Shown here one piece after another: positions 60,149-64,000 of a DNA stretch of 64,000 nucleotides. Position numbers and translations under genes: made by a program. The notes beneath the pieces were generated by a model, which saw only the letters and a list, made by a program, of their open reading frames with translations, made no database searches and had not been told where the DNA came from. The DNA is from Pseudogymnoascus verrucosus (taxonomy: Eukaryota): assembly GCA_001662655.1 (NCBI GenBank), contig KV460233.1; one strand, written 5' to 3'. Within the stretch, counting starts at the first letter, position 1, and each line of letters opens with the position of its first letter.

Positions 60149-60894
60149 ACGACCGCACTTCAAAAGGCGGCCGTGGACAGTTGATCGACCACACGCCGTT
60201 TCAGAGATGATCTCAAGTAATTGGATCTCTTGCCACTAATGTAAAACTCGATAATGGCGCTGGTGCAACGTGTTCCAAGGGCAAATTTTCTTTTTAGTTC
60301 CGACACCTAGTCGGTGTGGTGTATTTTGCATCTGTCCCCGACCTGAGCAGTGGTTATGGCCCAGGTCTTTATAGACTTTGTGGATGTGGGGGATATGCTC
60401 ATGGGATGATGGGGTTTGTGCATAATATGGCGTTTTTATCCAAAAATCATCTTTGCTTTTTTACAGAATTTTGCTCAATTTCCAATACGTAGAGCATCTA
60501 AATTGAATTGAAGTTGTCGTTAACTATGGATGGTACCAGATGATGTTGAGGTGCATGAGTTACTGTTGGTTTCGAGCTGCGTATGTGAGGCTGTGTATTC
60601 CAAGATGTATGTATGTGTAAGCGACTATTATCAACGCCGACTGCTTTTTTGGTATCCACTGTGGTTGTCTAGCTTGCCCGTGGTGGCAAGTGCCTGGCGT
60701 GGTCAAGTTGTCAAGAAGGAAGGCGCATCCGGTGATATGAGCGACAGCAACGTCGACCTCAAGTTTGCGTTCCATGCCTTCGCTTTGAATCAAGATGGGC
60801 GCCATTTTATGGCAGATATCTTAACCAAGACATACATTCTTTATTACATCTGTACTCCAGTGTTCATAGCCTATTGCGTTCTCCAGCTCCAGGC

Positions 60895-63853
60895 ATGAAG
60901 CGAATTCGCAGCCAGGGCGATAGTCCTGGTGACTTCAAGATTTATGAAGACGAAGCCGAAGAACCTCTAGATCGCCGATCGAATACCCTTATATCCCCCA
61001 GCAAGGACAGTACTCCACGACCGTCGAAAATCCGTCGCCATGGTTCGAAAATCCTCTCCGTCCTACGCTCCCTGACAAACAGTGGTAAGAGTCCCACGAG
61101 TCCTTCCGTGAACAGCCCTCTTTCAGGCAAGACTTGCCCACCCCCAAGATTTTTCATCTCAATCTGACGAATATAGCCTCGAGTGCGAGCAATCTTGAAT
61201 CCTCATCTCCTATATCCCCGCAGGTAGGCAATGTGGAACTCGCGAGAGAACTGGTTAAGAAGGTCTCGATGTCATTCAACAATATGCGTCCCTCCGTGCA
61301 ACCACCCACCGTTGTCATTCGCTCGCCCAAGAGCCGGCCTAGTCTCTCACTTGAAAAAGGGGTGTTGGAGCTTACACCGGAAGTCTCGCCTTCGACAAGT
61401 GGAGAGGCAAGCGGAAATAGCGCTGGCAAGCAGTCTGCCCCAGCCAGGACGAATTCTACGGGCATGACGAGTCTAGATTCCAAGTTCTCCGCTGGAAAGA
61501 TGCTATCGGGGCATTCGTCAAATACCGAAAACAAGAAGGCGGCAGTAACAAAACAACAGGTGGCGGAAGAGACGATTGTTAATAACAGCTTGATGCCTAT
61601 TTCAGAGGTGGCGCAAGAGGTTATAATTGCCCCGGTTCCTGTTCCAAGTAAGCCTTATTCCAGTTTAATTTTTGATTCGGCTATGTATGCACTGTGGACT
61701 TTCAGATTGCAGCTTGATTGCACAATATCTCGGATTACTCTAACATAAAATATAGCCGTCATCACCGTCGAAAAGGCTGCTGCGGCAAAGATATTCTTCG
61801 AAACTCATTACAACGGATTACTTGCAAGCGGCCCAAGTCCTCGATCACTACGTCTCAGAGAGTTTGAGGGCGTACTTTACGAGAATTCAGCACATATGAC
61901 CCACGCTGAAATGGTTGAACATCGCCGGGACTGGCTTCGCAGTGAGACTAACTACCTTCGCGAGATCCGTGTAATGAAGTCCAGGAACCACTTTCGCAAG
62001 CAGAAGGGAACGGATCCGATGGTTTCGCAGTATGAAATTGTGAAAGTGCTTGGCAAAGGAAGCTTTGGAGTTGTTCGTCTTGTCCGTGAAAAAGATGATG
62101 TCTTCAGCCCGTTCAGCTTCTTCGAGCCCAAGAAAAAAGAAGTTTACGCCATGAAAGTCATTCGGAAATCTGATATGCTACGGAACAGCCAAGAGGGGCA
62201 TCTTCGTGCCGAGCGGGACTTTCTGGTTGCTTCAGAGGGGTCAAGATGGTGATTTCCCTTCCAGTTTAATAACGTGCACCGATCTAATGGTATACAGGGT
62301 TGTACCGCTCATTGCCAGCTTCCAAGATGCGAATAACCTTTACCTCATTATGGATTACATGCCGGGTGGAGACTTTTTGGGGCTCTTGATCCGTGACAAC
62401 ATTCTTTCTGAGGCAGTAACCAAATGGTATATTGCCGAAATGATACTTTGCATCGAAGAGGCTCATACACTCCGGTGGATTCACCGTGATATCAAGCCAG
62501 ACAACTTCTTGATTTCTGCTTCTGGACACCTGAAAATTTCAGACTTTGGTCTAGCATTCGATGGGCATTGGTCCCATGACCAGTCTTTTTATAATAACCA
62601 TAGGTACTCTTTGCTCACCAAGCTCGGTATCAACGTCGAAGGGGATTCCATCGATAAAAAGGATAGCCGGACAGTTGCAGTCGCCATGCAGCTTGCTCAT
62701 GTTGTTATGGGCGGCAAAGATAAACACGAGAAGAAGTCTTCCGGCTCTGACGAGGGGATTCTTAATTGGCGAAATCGGAATGGTAACCGAACACTTGCCC
62801 GCAGTGTTGTTGGAACAAGCCAATATATGGCACCCGAAGTAGTCCGGGGTGAGCTTTACGATGCCAGATGTGACTGGTGGAGCGTTGCTGTCATTCTTTA
62901 CGAGGTGAGGTGAGCTGTTACGTACAACCACACCGAATCTAACACACACACAGTGTCTCTATGGCCACACTCCGTTTCTTGCCGATGAAGGCGGAAGGGC
63001 TCAAACAAAACTAAATATTCTTGTAAGCCATTCCTCCGCAGGTTGATGACAGAGACCTAATATGAAACAGAGTCATCGGACCACATTTTCATTCCCAAGC
63101 AAACCCGCTGTCAGCAGCCGATGTCAGGATCTGATCAAACGAATGATTCAAGAGAAGGGGGAACGCCTTTGCTCTCGACGATATAAGGCGAGAGACTTGG
63201 TTTCGTCAAACAATCGTGACTATGCTGGCCGCTACGTTTACCCTGATGACGCAGAAGATATTAAGTCACACCGTTGGTTTAAAGATATCCTTTGGGACCG
63301 TATTCACATTATGACCCCGCCCTTTGTGCCAGCTATCAAATCCATTGATGACACCCACTACTTTGATGAAGAAGAGCCTATTTCCGACTTTAGCACCAGC
63401 GTTGACGATGCCGTGAATCTTACTCCACCCACGGACGACGAGCTTGACGCTGCACTTCGATGTTTCAATCGCGAAATTCAAATTTTAGCACGAGGATACG
63501 TGGGTAGTGCTTACGACTCCACCAAACTCCGTCGAATCGAGCGAGAAATCGAAGGATTTGTGATGGGCGAGGAGCAGAAAGAGTATCTTCGAGGCTTCGT
63601 GCGTGCATATGGTCGAAAAGAGAAGAAGAGGCCCAGGGATAGATTGCTCAGAGACGGAGAGTACAGGCAACGAGTTCTGGAATGTAGAAAGAGAGGCGCT
63701 TTCCTGGGATACAGCTGGAGAAGGATTCAGAAGAATAGTCTGAGGGATCTCAGCGAGAAGAAAGGCACTGGTGGCGGAATGGGACGCAACGGATTGGGAG
63801 CCGCAAAGGGGAAGGCCAAGGTATGGATGAGAGGAAGATTGAGCGTCAACTAG
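60895..63853 (+). CDS. NDR/Cbk1-related AGC Ser/Thr kinase (filamentous-fungal paralogue, PUK1/STK-21-like)
   Basis: Exons 60895-61084, 61177-61647, 61756-62248, 62298-62904, 62954-63022 and 63071-63853; NDR N-terminal region TVEKAAAAKIFFETHY, GKGSFG, HLRAERDFL, HRDIKPDN, DFG, GTSQYMAPE, CDWWS. The start codon is uncertain. Confidence 0.88.
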
Positions 63854-64000
63854 AGTCAAAAAGAGGGAAAACTTGTCAAGGTTGGCCTCTGGTGAGAGTC
63901 TGCGGAAGAGGTCTCAATGAAATTGATAGCAAGCCAGTCGGGTTTTGTGTTTTAGGAAAAGTAGTTATAGAATACGATTACCATTGTCTGAAACCCATAG

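Noticed and set aside
496..63853. Stop-codon readthrough (TGA-CTA) or editable premature TAG codons in the genes
   Set aside because: The stop contexts inspected lack TGA-CTA, and apparent internal stops are resolved by canonical introns.

Overview
Gene-dense, intron-containing chromosomal segment of a filamentous ascomycete (GT-AG introns of about 50-130 nt with CTRAC branch sites; Leotiomycete-like by inference). It holds about 24 protein-coding genes, mostly housekeeping: UBR1, QCR9, PYM, SWD3, SLD5, RTG2, CWF19L1/DRN1, UTP20, ZIM17, CUL3, an MFS permease, an SDR, a CorA Mg transporter, TBCA, THOC7, Elongin A, a DLH/SnoaL protein, NEDD8, PHB2, RNA15, REV1, an FPR3/4 FKBP and an NDR-type kinase. 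Two further genes are lineage-restricted and contain internal repeats. QCR9 and NEDD8 are micro-exon genes missing from the ORF track. The most striking observation is a tandem duplication of the CUL3 5'UTR and first exon. The second copy sits inside intron 1, keeps an ATG and a phase-compatible donor, and could encode an alternative cullin-3 N-terminus with a UIM-like helix. No tRNA, rRNA, CRISPR array or intact transposon was recognised. All exon boundaries were read by eye.
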